The position numbers and the translations under genes were made by a program. A stretch of 64,000 bases of DNA from Schmidtea polychroa (Eukaryota), in assembly GCA_044892525.1 (NCBI GenBank), contig CM097885.1, positions 20,896,001 to 20,960,000 of the forward strand. Direction: 5' to 3'. Positions 1 to 57,452 of this stretch are shown piece after piece (the stretch's first letter is position 1; each line of letters opens with the position of its first letter). The notes beneath the pieces were generated by a model that saw only the letters and a list, made by a program, of their open reading frames with translations, had not been told where the DNA came from and did no database searches.

Positions 1-458
1 GTCAAATTGGTTATAAATTGAATTTTTTCATAATTACTCAGCCGTTTGGTTTTTGCAGTAGGCTAGATAATTTTAGATACAATGACATATTTATTTATTT
101 ATTTCTAATAAATTAAAGAAACAAATTTAATTAAAGAAAATACAATAATTGATTTTCCTAGAAAAATATAATAAATATACCCCGTTATAATATTTGCAAT
201 TTGTGATAAAAACAAGCTTTATGGAAAATATATCCTTAATTTAAAAATAAACATTTGGATATGATAAATGAAGGGTTTTCCTGTGCTCTGGACTGCAACC
301 TTATCTTTCAACTTTTCTGATGGACTAATAGAACAATTACAATCAAATCCTTATAATACAATATATTTTGGGCATATACATATTTTATTGTCAGGCAACA
401 TGACAGCAATTTTAGTCTCATTATTTATTAACCAACTAATTTTTTTTAATAAAGCAAC

Positions 459-628
<170 letters not shown>

Positions 629-1899
629 TTAATATTATTTTAATATTATCTAAGAGTTCATTTTAGAATTTATTGGCATTGTAAATAACTAAGTAAAACC
701 ACTGCAAGAATTGTCGAGATGAGTTAAAATTTCTGCATTCCATATTTCCTCTAAAATAAGATTTCCCATTGAAACCCAATCAGAGATCTAAGTGGCGAAT
801 TCTATATCAAACTTGTCTTGAATTCCATACTGAGAATGATGGCAATTGATATGTAAATGTTAAGATATTGTAATTATCACAATAATGCAGGGAACTAAAA
901 ATATTTCCAAAGATACTAATCAGCATTCTGAGATTTCCTATTTACTGTAATTTTTTTGTATAAAGCAAATTTTCTAAAAAAGAAAGTATTTTCATAGATG
1001 AATAAATCTCACTGTTTTAAAATTACTATGTTTGCAAATGTACTTAATTTTCGCTCTTTTAATTTTGTAATATAATATGATATTGAAGAAAAAAATGAGA
1101 ATGAAATATTTACTGTAGTTCTTAGAAATTATTTATTCAATCATTTAATATTGTTTTAATTAGACATTAAAATTTACTCAGTTTCATTTATCAATTAAAT
1201 ATTTTTAATTTATTTATATAAATTTTAATCGATACATTTAAACAAAAATTATGGAAATTAATTGTTTAGAATTTATTTCTTAAATATAAAACAAAGTTAT
1301 TAAATGACGTGGATCGTTAAATTTCATTTTATTCTGTAGTTAAAACGATAAAAATTAATTAATTGAATGTATTGAAAAATAAATTATCTCTGAAATTACA
1401 TAAAAAGTGAGTCAGCAGGTTTCATTTTATCATTTTTAGCTGCAAATAATATTTTGGATTTTCTATTAAATTTTACTTAATCTTATCCCTTAGTTTTCCC
1501 TAAGATTCCATATGAATTATGTTTTGTTTCAATATTATTTTGTCAACATATCATTTTGAACGTCATTCTTAGAGGTTGCAAGAAAATGGAATTTTATTCA
1601 AAGAATTAAACCTATCACTATTTCTTCTTATGTTATTTAATGACCTAAGGTTATTATTTTCCTTTTTTTGGATTTATACAAATAAAAAAATTGTATATTG
1701 AACTTGTTCAACGTTCCCTTTTTAATGAATTTACATTTATAAATTAAATTTGTACTATTACAAAATTTTAAAGAAAATTGTAAATTCTTTGTTCTGTGGA
1801 AAATATATATTGATGCTTGAAATTGAAGAATATTTTGAAAAATATTTTGATGCGTAATAGTTTTGAATATTTGGTAATAATAATAATAATAATAATAAC

Positions 1900-1967
<68 letters not shown>

Positions 1968-1977
1968 TAATAATAAC

Positions 1978-2111
<134 letters not shown>

Positions 2112-2437
2112 AACTAACTATAGAAAGTCAAAATTGTGCATGTAAAAAATTGCAAAATATTTTCTGCAAAAATTTGTTTCACAAATCAATGAATCGGGAT
2201 TTGTAGACAAATTTCTGAAAGGAAAAAATATATAATTCACATTGATAGAAATCCCCGTGATTTTACAAATCATTTATTAACAATTCACCTGTTAATTTAT
2301 CCCAGTGACGCAATGGTAGAAATATTGAAATATTTTCTTTCAATTAGATTTAGAATGAATTATAATTATATATTATTAATGAAATAAAAAAACGCAATTA
2401 AATTTCAATATTAATTTATTTCTCATTTGATTTCCAG

Positions 2438-45044
<42,607 letters not shown>

Positions 45045-45857
45045 CTTGAAATTAATCCATTTATACATATAAATTTTGTAAACCTATTATTTTGTCTATA
45101 TATATAATAATAATATATATATTTATATATATATATAAATATAATTTGATGAATTATTTTCCGGATATCCTTTGTAAATGTTTGTTGTTTTTATGCTCGT
45201 TTGTTGATTTACGTACAACGACAATACATTGATTTATAACATGGGGCTCTGTGTTCTCTTTTTTGTTTGTCGAATTGTATTTCATTTTTTATGAATATTT
45301 TGTTTTAGATTGCATATCAAAATATTGTTTTTGTTTGTTTGAATCATGTATTATAAATGTTGATAATAAGATGGCGTATTTGACTAATTGGTCTGGCTGC
45401 AAACTACGAATTTCCAATCCGACATTTTTCCTCTGTCGACAAAGTTTCGGGCCTTGAATAATAAATATATATAAATATAAAAGTTATTTATATAACCGTA
45501 ACAGGCGTCGTCTAGAGTGGGTCTTGTTATATTAATTAGTTTCCTTATTGACTACCGAAGAAAACGGGTTTTAAAGAAATGTGATTTGACGTTCAAATTA
45601 ATGATGCTCTACCTGATTATTATATTCATACTAATTATACTTTATACTTTATATTTTGGATATTAATTTGCCAAGTCATTTCTTATTAACTAGTTTTGAT
45701 AGTATTTGCTGATAATCCTTTTCTCTAAAGCTTTCATTTTGAAATTTCCCAACTGAATTATAAATTTTAATTAATTTGTAAATAATTACTATAAAAGTGC
45801 TCGTAAGAAGACAGTTGTATTTTAGTTTAGATAATAATAATAATAATAATAATAATG

Positions 45858-45965
<108 letters not shown>

Positions 45966-47907
45966 TTAATAAAAATAATGATAATAATAATAATAGTATA
46001 AAGTGATGATTTCTTGGTAGCAGCATTTATTATTTAAAACAATAAAGTGATTATTTAAGCCTTTTGCTGCAAATAATGTATTTAATGAAAAGGTTTGACA
46101 AGGACTATCTTGTCTTTTTATGCTTTAAAGAAACATAGTTATATCTAAATGTTATTCAGCTAGATATTTAATTTTACTATTTAAGTAAATATTGCATTGT
46201 TGATTAACTTATAATAAAGAATAACAGTGATATAAGTGAGAGAGGAATCCTATGAGTATAATAAGATAAACGATATGAAACAAATTTTCTTTTTTCGTCA
46301 TGCAATAGCTGATGTTTTCCCCTAATCAAATGTATGAACGGTATAATGAAAATTATTCAATGGAATATGAAAAAACAAACAAACAAAATGGCAGCATTTC
46401 TCCAAAATTTCAAAGAGATTTTTTTATAATATTACATAAAAGGGCAAGTTGGGGGTGTTTAAGATATTTGAATATTCATAGGAAACTAATTTCAATGGTT
46501 TCTTTGGCAAATGAAGTCATAATAAATGTTGAAAGACGGTGCAACGTATAATTCTGGTCTGTAAAGAAGATTGGTTTCTCTCTCTATTTTAAAGGGTACT
46601 TTGACGTTCTCTTATTGATAACCATATCACATCTCCCATGACCCTGTGAAATATTCCAGAATTCCAAATTATGCGATATTGCTAATTTGTTCTTTACTAT
46701 TTCTCAGTTTAGTTTGCAATAGGTCAATATTATCACTTTATAAATTTTTCTAATTGTATCATTAACCGTGATTCAGATTATGCATTTGATCACTTGGTGG
46801 ACTAGGTTGTTCTGATGCTGTTATGTTAACATCAATTTAATTGTCACACAAAATTTCAAATTTAAAATGATCAAAAAGTAAAGACAGAACATGTAAATAT
46901 GGTGTTGTTGATTTTTCCAAGTTTCGTATTAGATCTTTGATTAGCTGTCTTTGCTTCCTATTATGCTACCCCACAGAAAACAACCCTGAATCACTTCTAA
47001 TTCCTTCAAAGAAATCTAATTTTGCGCAGACAAAATATTTAATTTTTGATAATTCATGACAGAGTAAAGTATTTACATTTCCTTTTAAACAGGAAAATAT
47101 TCAGAATTCTTATCGACCATAAACCTTCTATACACCGGACACCTTCAAAATGACAATCTCTTAATAAACATTTCAAAATTGCGTTTCTATCAGAAGTCAG
47201 CTTTAATATTACTGAACCAGATCACATTTCTCTGAACCCCCTTGAATTCTTTAAAATTGATTCCCGCTAGGCTTAAGATAAAAGGCAACTGAATAAATTA
47301 AAACAAAACATGCACTGCGTCGTATGAATGGGATAATTAAACATTTTCACACAAATTAATTAAAAGGTAATGAAAAAGAAAAACAATAAAACAACCAAAT
47401 GATCGGAAGGGGTTTTTCATTTTTAATTATATTTTTTTAAAAATGTTTCGAAACATCTAATAACTAATTATTTATTAAATACTAGTTGAAAACTATAGCT
47501 TGTATAGGGACTCGTATGAAACCTTCAAGTCTTAAACGTCATGCATGACCATTAACCTTTTGAAGGTTAAAGCCTATGAGTAGCTGTCAATTAAAGGTAC
47601 AAAAGTATACAAATTTTAATTTATAATCATGTAAAATAACCCAAAAACAATTTATGAACTACCAATATTGTCAAGATAATATATAATGTGACATTGAAGG
47701 CTATAACTCCCCAGATAATCCCATTGAATTATTCTCCGTTCTTAGCGCATTTAGAGAAAATCCGCTAATTAGAACGTTAAGGAAAATAACGTTATTAATC
47801 TTGTAGATTTAATAATCTTATTAATTATGACTCTCTAAATATGACGAGATTTATTTCTTATTATTATTTTTGTTTTACTGTTTCGATTAATGTAATTTGT
47901 ATTTTAG

Positions 47908-48038
<131 letters not shown>

Positions 48039-48677
48039 ATTTCTGTTGGAAGTAGGACTTTTAAAATGATATTTACTTTAACATAAATTTTAAAAATAAA
48101 TATTTAAAATAACCCAAATTAATATGTTCTACACAAGGACTGTTTACTGACCATTCACACGCTTCGAGGAGAGATGGTCGACGAATAGATTTGCTCGCTT
48201 GTTCCGGACGCAACCTCCGATAAATATTCCTACACAAACATGTGCAAGAATATTATTTTATTACATTTTGATTAAAAATTCAAAATGAATGTGTACCTCA
48301 AATTCATAAAAATTACATTCTAAATGCATGTATGCAATACGTATCTGAAAAATAGTTAGATTGAGACATTTTTGAGACATTAATTGTTACACGAAACATT
48401 CTAAAATTTAGGAAAAGTATAAAAGTTATTAACCATAATTGAAAACAAAAATAAAGCATACAGAAAACATAGTCCAGCTTAGGTAGTTACATTCATTAAC
48501 ATCAAAAGATATGTATAACGAATATCTTTATAATATAAGAGGATGTTACATTTCTTCAGAGTATTTTCGATGAGAGGTTTTTCAATATAGGAGTTTCGTT
48601 ACTTTTCAAAAAGTGAAACGAAATTGATGATGTTCGTGATTTTTTAGTAGCCTTTAAATACCTATATTTTTAAAAAA

Positions 48678-48896
48678 ATGCGATTTGTAATGAATCGTGT
48701 GCAACCTAGTACAAGCAATACTCTTGAAAGATTTAATCGCACAATAAAATCAAGGTATGTAGAACATGAAACGTCTTCAATGAAGAATTTCATCAAAATT
48801 TGTGGTTTAATTTTCAAATCAGAAGGACTTAATATTGCATGTTTAGACAGACCATTATACGATACGTTCAAGTTGTATGAGGATATTCAGTTTTAG
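48678..48896 (+). mobile_element. Possible decayed Mutator-like (MULE) transposase fragment
   Basis: STSNTLERFNRTIKSRY resembles the T-N-N-x-x-E-x-F-N-x-x-I-K motif around the catalytic Glu of MULE transposases; no TIRs found. Confidence 0.4.
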
Positions 48897-49583
48897 TTTC
48901 AATTTTTGCGTGAAATCGGTAATAAAAATGTCGTTATAGTCTCTAAACATCCATTGGATTCCAGCGAAATTGACTAATGCTCTCAATACTTAAATTTGGA
49001 TTTTGAGAAATTGCGGAATTTGAAAGATTTTATATTTAAACATGTTAGTAACTAGTTGATAACTAGCTATTTGGATCTGCAGCGCGCGTGGTTTGGTTTC
49101 GTTAAAAATAGAAGATGTAATCATATCTATAATTTTCTGAAAATATTAATAAGTTGAATATCACTTGTTTTTCGATTGTTTAGGGGAGTAAACAGAAAGA
49201 TAGACCAATTGCTAAAATTGCAAAAAATTCGGCTCTGAAAAAATTACCAGGCAATAAGTTATTTAAGTAAAGTCTTTTTAGTTTTTCTTTTTCGTTTTAT
49301 TGTATATTTTTGTATTGGTGTGGATAATTAAATGTAATTAATAATATAGTGTATGGATTAGTTTTAGCCTTTGGGTAACCCTAACACTGGTATTCTTTTA
49401 GAAATCGCATCAAATAATGCATTAAAACAATTTTTTTTAGTTTACATAAAAGTGTTATTTAAATATTTTATTTTTTCGTTAAAATTAACACTACTCTTCT
49501 CTATAACATTGTAGAACTCTACATTTTGGAATGGTTTTGAAGAATATATACATGGACAATAATTATAACGATAATAATATTAA

Positions 49584-49813
49584 CCCCTTAACGCGCACTT
49601 ACGTATATATACGTTCGCGCAAAACCGGACAAAATGTGCAGTGACGTGATAGTTTTTGAATAGTTTTAGTTTATTATTTTTCAGCTAATAAATATTATTA
49701 TTTTATTGTTACATTATATTGTTATTTATTGAAATTGGTCCAAATATATATTTTCTTAAAGAAAAAAATTGATTTTTTTTGGTCGGTTTTTTTTTAAATT
49801 GTGCGTTAAGGGG
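49584..49813. mobile_element. piggyBac-type MITE
   Basis: TTAA flanks; 11-bp TIR CCCCTTAACGC / GCGTTAAGGGG. Confidence 0.82.
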
Positions 49814-49937
49814 TTAATAATAATAATATCAAAAAAACTTCGATATCTTTGCAGATTCATAGTCATAATAATAAGAATATAATAAGAATATAATAAGAAT
49901 AATAAGAATAATAATAATACCTTTTTTATAAAAAAAA

Positions 49938-50627
49938 TGTTGGTTAGGTTGGTGATAATATTTGCAAAGTTGGAATTCTTATTCTGACTCCAAGAGTGTC
50001 TTTGACTGACCCACAAATAACACTTGACAACAGAAATCTTTATTGAAAATCACAAATAATTTTAACTTTACACTGACAATCAATTCAACACTCTGCTAGG
50101 TGACTATACAATCCTTATTGCAATCCTTATTGTTTTCTTTGACCTTCTTCGACAACTTTATTCAAATATTAAAATAACTTCTTTTTGCTTATTTCTCAAC
50201 TAATTCTTTTCTGAAAATCTTCTCCAATAATTATTCCTCACAATTATTCTCCAACAAATAGTTTTCCAATAAATACTCGTCTCAATGACTTCTATAAATT
50301 TCTCCCACAATTTCTCCGTTAGTTTTATCTCCTTTTTCCGCAGATTCTTGCCTCGTCTTCCGTTCGTTTTCGTCAAAATTTTCGTCTGATACTTTGTCTC
50401 GGTTTTTGTATGAATTTTGTTTCTTTATATAGCTTGCTTTACTTGTGGCACTAGAGATAATCAATGTTTTCCACTTTTCTTTCTCCCGTATTTCCTAGGC
50501 CGACTTCTCTCGGCAATTCCGATATTTTTGGCAATTCCTCAAGATATCCCTTTTTCCTCTTGTTCTGTTTCTGTTATTTAGGTATCATCGACAAAGATTT
50601 GCCTATCAATGATCTATTGAGTCAACA
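49938..50627. mobile_element. Candidate solo LTR
   Basis: TGTTG...CAACA termini, composition distinct from the flanks, minus-strand AATAAA near 50040. No matching target-site duplication. Confidence 0.3.
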
Positions 50628-51629
50628 TATCCGTATGAGACGCAGGTTAGTTTTAAAACTTTTTAATTAAAAAAGAAATTAAAATTTAATGAAACTAACA
50701 AACAAATATTTAATGTCACAAAAATCATAAAAAAGTAAAATATTATTATGTAGAAAATTATTATCAACAGTTTTGGATTTTCTTTTGTTTAATTATTAAA
50801 ATGTCAATTTTTAATGATAATAATTTTATGAAAAATTGATACTTAAAAGAATGTTTTTCCATTCTTAAAAATGGTGTTTCAGATGCACAGAATAGATAAA
50901 TATTTCATGACATTAAGTGATACTTACAGTTTGATGTAAAAAAACATCAGCCAAGGCTAGAAACTGAAAATTCCCATTCACTGTCAGTTGAGTACCCATT
51001 GAAAGAGTATCAAACCTGTCGTCAGATTTTCTAATTTGCAGAGTCATTGTTCATAGTGACGGGGAGACGCATGATTAAAACCGGATAATTTTGGATTCAA
51101 GTTACTAAAATTAAGTCTCATTAAATCTGATAGTCATTTTGTATATCAAAGAACAGCTAATGACAGAAATGCTTTTTTGAAGAATTAGAAATATCATTTT
51201 ACAAAAATTTTAATATTCTGTGGAAAATTTAGCTTTCATGTACATGGGAAATTGCATTTCCTTTAAAACTGTTATAATATATTAAATATTATCTTATTTG
51301 TATTAGTTGTTAATTATTGATTTGAATTTTTGGTTAATAGTCATGGTAACGGCAACTATATTTGGAAATCCATTTGGGTTCAAATAGTTTAAGATCTATT
51401 TAAAAATTACTTTAGTTTTATCGATTAATTTTTTATATTTTACCAAATTTTGATTGTTGTTTTTGACTGTTTATTTATTTTAGAATTTATTTTTATAATT
51501 GAAAATTATATTTCTCTTCGGTCAATCCGCGATAATTTTTTAAATGCAGAGCTAATTTTTATAAACCAATTTAAATCTATTAAGTAGAAGTAGCACAGGT
51601 CGTCATAAGCGCCTTTATTACATTTACTA

Positions 51630-51839
51630 CCGTATTAACCCGAATATAACGCGACAATTTTTAACATTTTATTTATTAAATTTTGGTTTAAATTAATTAA
51701 ATTTATTGTCATGAATATAACCTATGTACTACTTTTAATTACCTAACCAACGCTTATCTGATTGAATTTCCCTTAATTTTAATTTTATTATGAGTATTTT
51801 TTTCTAAATTTGGGGTCGCGTTATATTCGGATGATACGG
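51630..51839. mobile_element. Tc1/mariner-pogo-type MITE
   Basis: TA flanks; about 25-bp imperfect TIR CCGTATTAACCCGAATATAACGCGAC / GTCGCGTTATATTCGGATGATACGG. Confidence 0.85.
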
Positions 51840-52452
51840 TAATTCCTGGTAGGTAGTATGGCAGAGCTGATCCAGTTTCATAGGATTTGTTTCGTAATTC
51901 TTTGGGGAAATATTAAAAAACGTTTGATAGTTTCCGCTCAGCAGTAAGTCTTGGGTTAAAAAACACAGATTTAAAGTGAAAATTTATTTAAAAGATTATT
52001 GTCACTATTGCTTAAAGTATTTTATTTATCAGCAAAATTCTTGATATTTTGATTACCTTTAATTTTGTTTTTCTTTTAACATTTCACTTATTTTCTTTGC
52101 AATTTTAGATCAAATTTATGCAGAGGTGTCCCGACCCCATATACAAAGTGTGCTTCACACGCAAGCGTTAAATATTTGAGGTCAGAAGGATATATTTAAA
52201 AACAAAATTGTTATTCATTAACTCAATTGTATTAAACTGAATTATATAAAATTAAAATGAAAAATATATAACACAATTAAAATAAAATAATCAGAAAATA
52301 AATTAAAAGAATAAAAAGAATAGAATTTAAACGGATTTAATGGGAAGAAAGAGATATCCTAGAAAAGTTGAAAAATTCACTATGGAGTCACAAATAATAA
52401 AAATAAAATAAAATATAGAAATTAAAATAAATAATAATTATTGAGAAATCGG

Positions 52453-53180
52453 CAGCCCCGTACCGTGACACCTTTTGACGGGGGGGCAGACTTGCGTTTG
52501 GGGGGGGGGGGCAGTAATTCTCGTGTAAACTAAGTATTTTATGAAAACAGACTAGTCACTACTCACACTTTGCACTCCGAAATGTTCAATTTAAAAAAAA
52601 GGAAAGCAAAATCGACATTTTGTCTGAGCATTATTTTGCTACATTATTGCATATACTAGTATATAGTAAATGATTTTCGCACATTTTTTAGGAACAAACA
52701 CAAAAAACAAATAGCTGCATGTATTTGCACGACGGACAATTGGACATACAAAGACAGCACACACAGTCACACAGATTTGAAAACTAAAGGTGAGTGCAAT
52801 AGAAATTACACAGGAACTAGATCCAGAAAAAAGAAATTACGTGTGTGAGATATCGACATGACTCAAAATAGCTGCAGTCGACGATTTTTCATTTCATGAA
52901 ACCGCCGAAGAAACTCATCAGATTTGATGTTATTACTGATGTCACTTTCAAATGAGAGCAATACAAGGTTGGCTTTACGAGAATGGCTCATCGACGTACG
53001 AAAGGGAGTTAAGACACGAGATAAAGTACTGAAAGTCGCCTCACATGTTGCAGTTGAAGCACCGATTGTCAGTGTAGAAGCTGCAAGACGATAGACAGAT
53101 GGAAAAGCATCTCGGTATGAGTACAGTTCTTGCACTAACTGATGAACGTTTGTCACAGTACTGGCTCTCTTCAAATCGCT
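52453..53180 (-). mobile_element. 3' remnant of a hAT transposon (ZMYM1/Tip100-like) encoding the C-terminal dimerisation domain
   Basis: AFPSVYRLAASTLTIGASTATCEATFSTLSRVLTPFRTSMSHSR...LVLLSFE fits the hAT dimerisation pattern; GC-rich CAG-initiated end at 52453. Confidence 0.8.
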
Positions 53181-54229
53181 ATTAGAAATGAAAACGATTA
53201 TACAAAAAATAAATTGAATTAAAATAGTTTGAATTCGATTTAATGAATTAGTGTACACACAACAACTTGCACACACAAAATACACCAAACACCACTGAGA
53301 TACGTTTCCTATAATATAAGAAAAAATCAATAATCTTACATTATAGAAACATACATACCTTCTTTGATTTCACGCTGATGTTCTCATTAATAGTGCAATG
53401 AGATACATCTTACACTATAGAAATCTAAAAAGTGGTAGAAAAATTAAATACTGCACACAAATACAACACGTACTGAAAAACATATGCGAACTTTCGATAT
53501 ATAGAAATGCGCTGCTGAGATACGTTTCTATAATAACTTTATTTTAGACAATTTTTAGATAAAAAATGATCGCTGAAAATGTTTTTTAATGTATTTTTAA
53601 AGAAACTACGTTAAATTGTCATGAAAATGACGAAATATCATTTTAAGAATTATTTTTGAGTTAAAATTAAGTTTATAATTCATTAGAATTTTAGATATTG
53701 GTTTTAGAAATATTTTAGAAAAATACATTTTTGGCAATTGATTTAATTATTTAATAATAATTAAAAATATAAATGATTTATGTTATATCAAAATAATTCC
53801 AAAATAACTATAGAATTTTTTTTATTCTATTTATTCTATTTTCTAAAATTCTTAAAAATCCTGAAGATTAATTAAAAATAATTTATAATACAAATGTTGA
53901 CTAAAGGTAATATTTAAGAAATTGAATAATGATCTCATATCTATATGAATCAAAATCCAAGTCTTAAGATTTACTTAAAACTAAACATCTTAGCTGAAAG
54001 ACGCAGGCGCCACGGCGGAAAAATACAAAAGGCGGCAAAATTGTACAGAAATTTGTTATTTTCATAAGATTTTTATGTTTTTATAATAAATATGAATTAA
54101 ATTAAAAGTAATAAAGTTATATTGTTTTGTTATGTATGCATTTATCGTTTTTTTTACTCTTATTATGGAATGCGAAGGCGGTAATATGCAATTTTCACAC
54201 ATCATCTGAAACTCTAGCGCCGGTGCTGG

Positions 54230-54392
54230 TTAAGCATGTAGATAAGACTGTGTTTATGATTATTTCAACGCCCTGCAAAGTTAGTAGCATGTTCACTAAT
54301 AAATCCCAACTCCAATTGGTTTGTGTTTTTAACTTGTGTATCAATTTTCATATAAAGGGTGTAAAGCCACATACATTGGAGAGACTGCCCGT
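54230..54392 (+). mobile_element. Decayed PLE linker/GIY-YIG fragment
   Basis: KVSSMFTNKS then, after a frameshift, LVYQFSYKGCKATYIGETAR. Confidence 0.72.
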
Positions 54393-54969
54393 TTAAAAAT
54401 TTATTACAAAATTCAGAGAATGGAAATTTTCTAATTAAAACAATTTACATTAATTCAAGAATTTAAATTTATTGCATTTTTTTCGAAATGGTTTTCACAG
54501 ATTTTCAACAGGCAATAAAAAGAAATAACAAGTAATTAAAAGGAAATTGGTTCAATAAAATTTATGACTATTTGAAAATAAGACATAAAAAAAATGTTAC
54601 CCTGCTGCAAAAAATTGTCACAAAAAGCGATACAATCAGAAAATTATGAAGAGTTTTTGTTATCAAATCATGCTCAGGGTTGTCAGATTGAGATCTTGAT
54701 AATATAAATCACGAAATTCAACAATATTAAATATCCTAGGAGAATAAATTTATATTTACAGATAATAATATGAATAAATATAATTTGCTATTGTTTATTT
54801 AAATTAATCTGGTAAAATCAAACTTCTTAAAATTTGCTGAGTGATTATTGGCAAACTCCTCTTGCTCTTGTTTATTAAAATAATACACAATACACAATAC
54901 TTTATTAAACAACATTGTCAAATATATTTTTTATTTGATCTACGCTCTTATAAAATTAATAAGATAGAT

Positions 54970-55407
54970 CATCTATTCTCAAACTATGGGTCACGACCCG
55001 CATGTGGGTCGTGGAAACTTCCCAGGTGGGTCGCGAGGATGCTATTTGTAAAAAAATGAAACAAACTACGTCACAAAGTTTTTAATCTGCTACACACAAA
55101 ACGAACTAGTCAGCAATATGCAAGCTCACCCATCTCATTAATATGCAAAATTTATTCGAGAATGCTACTGTGTTTTTTAAATTTATTCTTTTTTTTCGAA
55201 TAATTAATTGTAATAATTATCTTTAAGAATTAAGGGTTTGTTAGGAAAATTTTGAAAGAATTAAAATACGTTTAATGGGAAAATATTTTAGTCGGAGTTG
55301 GTAAATATAAAGTTGATTGCAAAAGAAGGAAAATATTTTGTATTGGGTCGCCAAGTTTCTGGTTTCTAGCTAGTGGGTCCCTATTTAAAACAGTTTGAGG
55401 ACCCCTG
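54970..55407. mobile_element. hAT-type MITE
   Basis: Perfect 8-bp target duplication AGATAGAT (54962-54969 and 55408-55415); imperfect TIR CAtctaTTCTCAAAC / GTTTGAGgAcccCTG; subterminal GGGTCGC/GACCC motifs. Confidence 0.88.
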
Positions 55408-55986
55408 AGATAGATAACCCAACGGGAGATTACCTTTAAATATGTTTTTTCTGTTATAAATTTGATTTCGTTCAATTTTCAACTATTTTCTTCATTATCC
55501 TTCGTAAGAATCTCTTTGCGAATAGTACATTCTTTAACCAAACTAGCAATTTGTTATTTGTGTCACTTCTTTTTATACTTTTCTCTCCTTCATCAAAATA
55601 CTTCAATAAACCGCAAAGTAGCACTCTCAAAACTAATAACGAATAATAACAAACAGAACTTTCCAAAAAAAATTAATTAGCCAGGCGAAAGTTTCTTCTT
55701 TACGCTCAAACTAACTCAATTTTAGAAAACTAATTCCATTATTGATTTCAATTATATATCGATGTTTTTATTTTTAATTAATTTTAATTTTTTTAAATAT
55801 TTTTATCTGGGATTTCCCATTGATTTTATATTTATTGTATCTGTACTCGTCTCATCATATATTTTTTTTTCAAATTTCTAATTAATTGATTAATTTTGAA
55901 TTTTATATGTTTTGTCATTTTATTGATTTGCAGTTTAAATTTCTTTTGCAACACTAGACGGATCCCAACTAATTGGAATTCATTAA

Positions 55987-56233
55987 CCACTTAAGCATCT
56001 CGAACGAGACTCCCTCGCGTATCAAATGTGTTCCGATTTGCGCTATTTCAAATACCTCTCACCACTTATAAATATTATGTTTATATTTTTATCTGGACTG
56101 ATATGTTCTCGCCCGTTTGTATTTCATTATCTAAGTGTATATTTATTGTATGCTCGTTCGAATTTTATGCTTGCTTACCATTACTAAACAAAGGATATTT
56201 GATCTCATTTAAAAATACCCTCGCATTAAGTGG
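55987..56233. mobile_element. piggyBac-type MITE
   Basis: TTAA flanks; short TIR CCACTTAA / TTAAGTGG. Confidence 0.6.
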
Positions 56234-56261
56234 TTAATATTGTCAAAATACACAATTATTA

Positions 56262-56356
<95 letters not shown>

Positions 56357-56362
56357 AAATTA

Positions 56363-56410
<48 letters not shown>

Positions 56411-56422
56411 ATTATAAAATTA

Positions 56423-56482
<60 letters not shown>

Positions 56483-57267
56483 AATATTTTTTTCAATTTT
56501 TTCTCCAAATGAAAATTGTTAAGAGAAGATCGGATTTCTTTGTTCTAAGTACACATAACAACTCAAAGCCTAATTTAATATTTAAAAAGCAATATTTTAA
56601 TTGACTTTTCAGGGAAAGATGTAAAATATGAGAGTCTAATTTATTCAGTTATTAACTCCAATTTCTAAGTTTCAATGTTGAATGGAAGGGATTAGCGAAA
56701 ACGAATGCGGGATAATGCTACTATAAACTGTCATTAATAAGTATAATAATTACACTCTGCGACGTCTTTAAAGAAATTCTCCCGGAACACGTCATAATGA
56801 TAAATGTGTCAAGCGGCCTAATTATGATAGGATAAACGGCGGAGTGTTTAACAACAGTTACTTACCATCAACATGAAACATTACATTTTGGTGACATTAA
56901 TGCCGGATTTTATATTCGAATTATATATTATTTGATGCAAATGATTGCCTGTGCATTCAGCATTTTGAATTTACTTCTACTTTTTTTTCAAACAGTTTTC
57001 TTTATCAAAAGGAAACTGTTCGGTAAATGTGCTTTTATTCATCATTATTTCCTATGGAAATATCATGAATGGGAAATGATTTGCGTATGATAAAGCAGGC
57101 CCATTAACGTGATTTACACCGCACCGCAATTTATGTTTATCTAAAATATTTATTAAGTGTTATATTTCATTTTTTTGTAAAAATGTCGAATGTGATAATT
57201 ATGAAGTCATCGAAACCTTTATCCGGTCAAGTAAAGCAAAATTTAGTTCAAAATAAAATTCTTTTTA

Positions 57268-57452
57268 CCGTTTGCGGGCGGAATTAATTTTAATAAGTAG
57301 TATTTTTTAGCATAATTTTTTTTAATATACGAATACCCGATATCGTGGTATGATTTTTTTAAAGTTTGTCCAGCACAGCTGGCCATTATACATTGTAGAA
57401 CGTCTGGGACAAAATTCGTGGCCAGCACTGCTGGCCTACCGTCCGCAAACGG
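57268..57452. mobile_element. Small TIR element, probably piggyBac-type
   Basis: TIR CCGTTTGCGGgCGG / CCGtCCGCAAACGG; TTAA on the right, TTTA on the left. Confidence 0.65.

Noticed and set aside
47000..47300. Minus-strand NVIWFS.. resembling Tc1 transposase VIWSDE
   Set aside because: Single weak motif with multiple stops and no TIRs.
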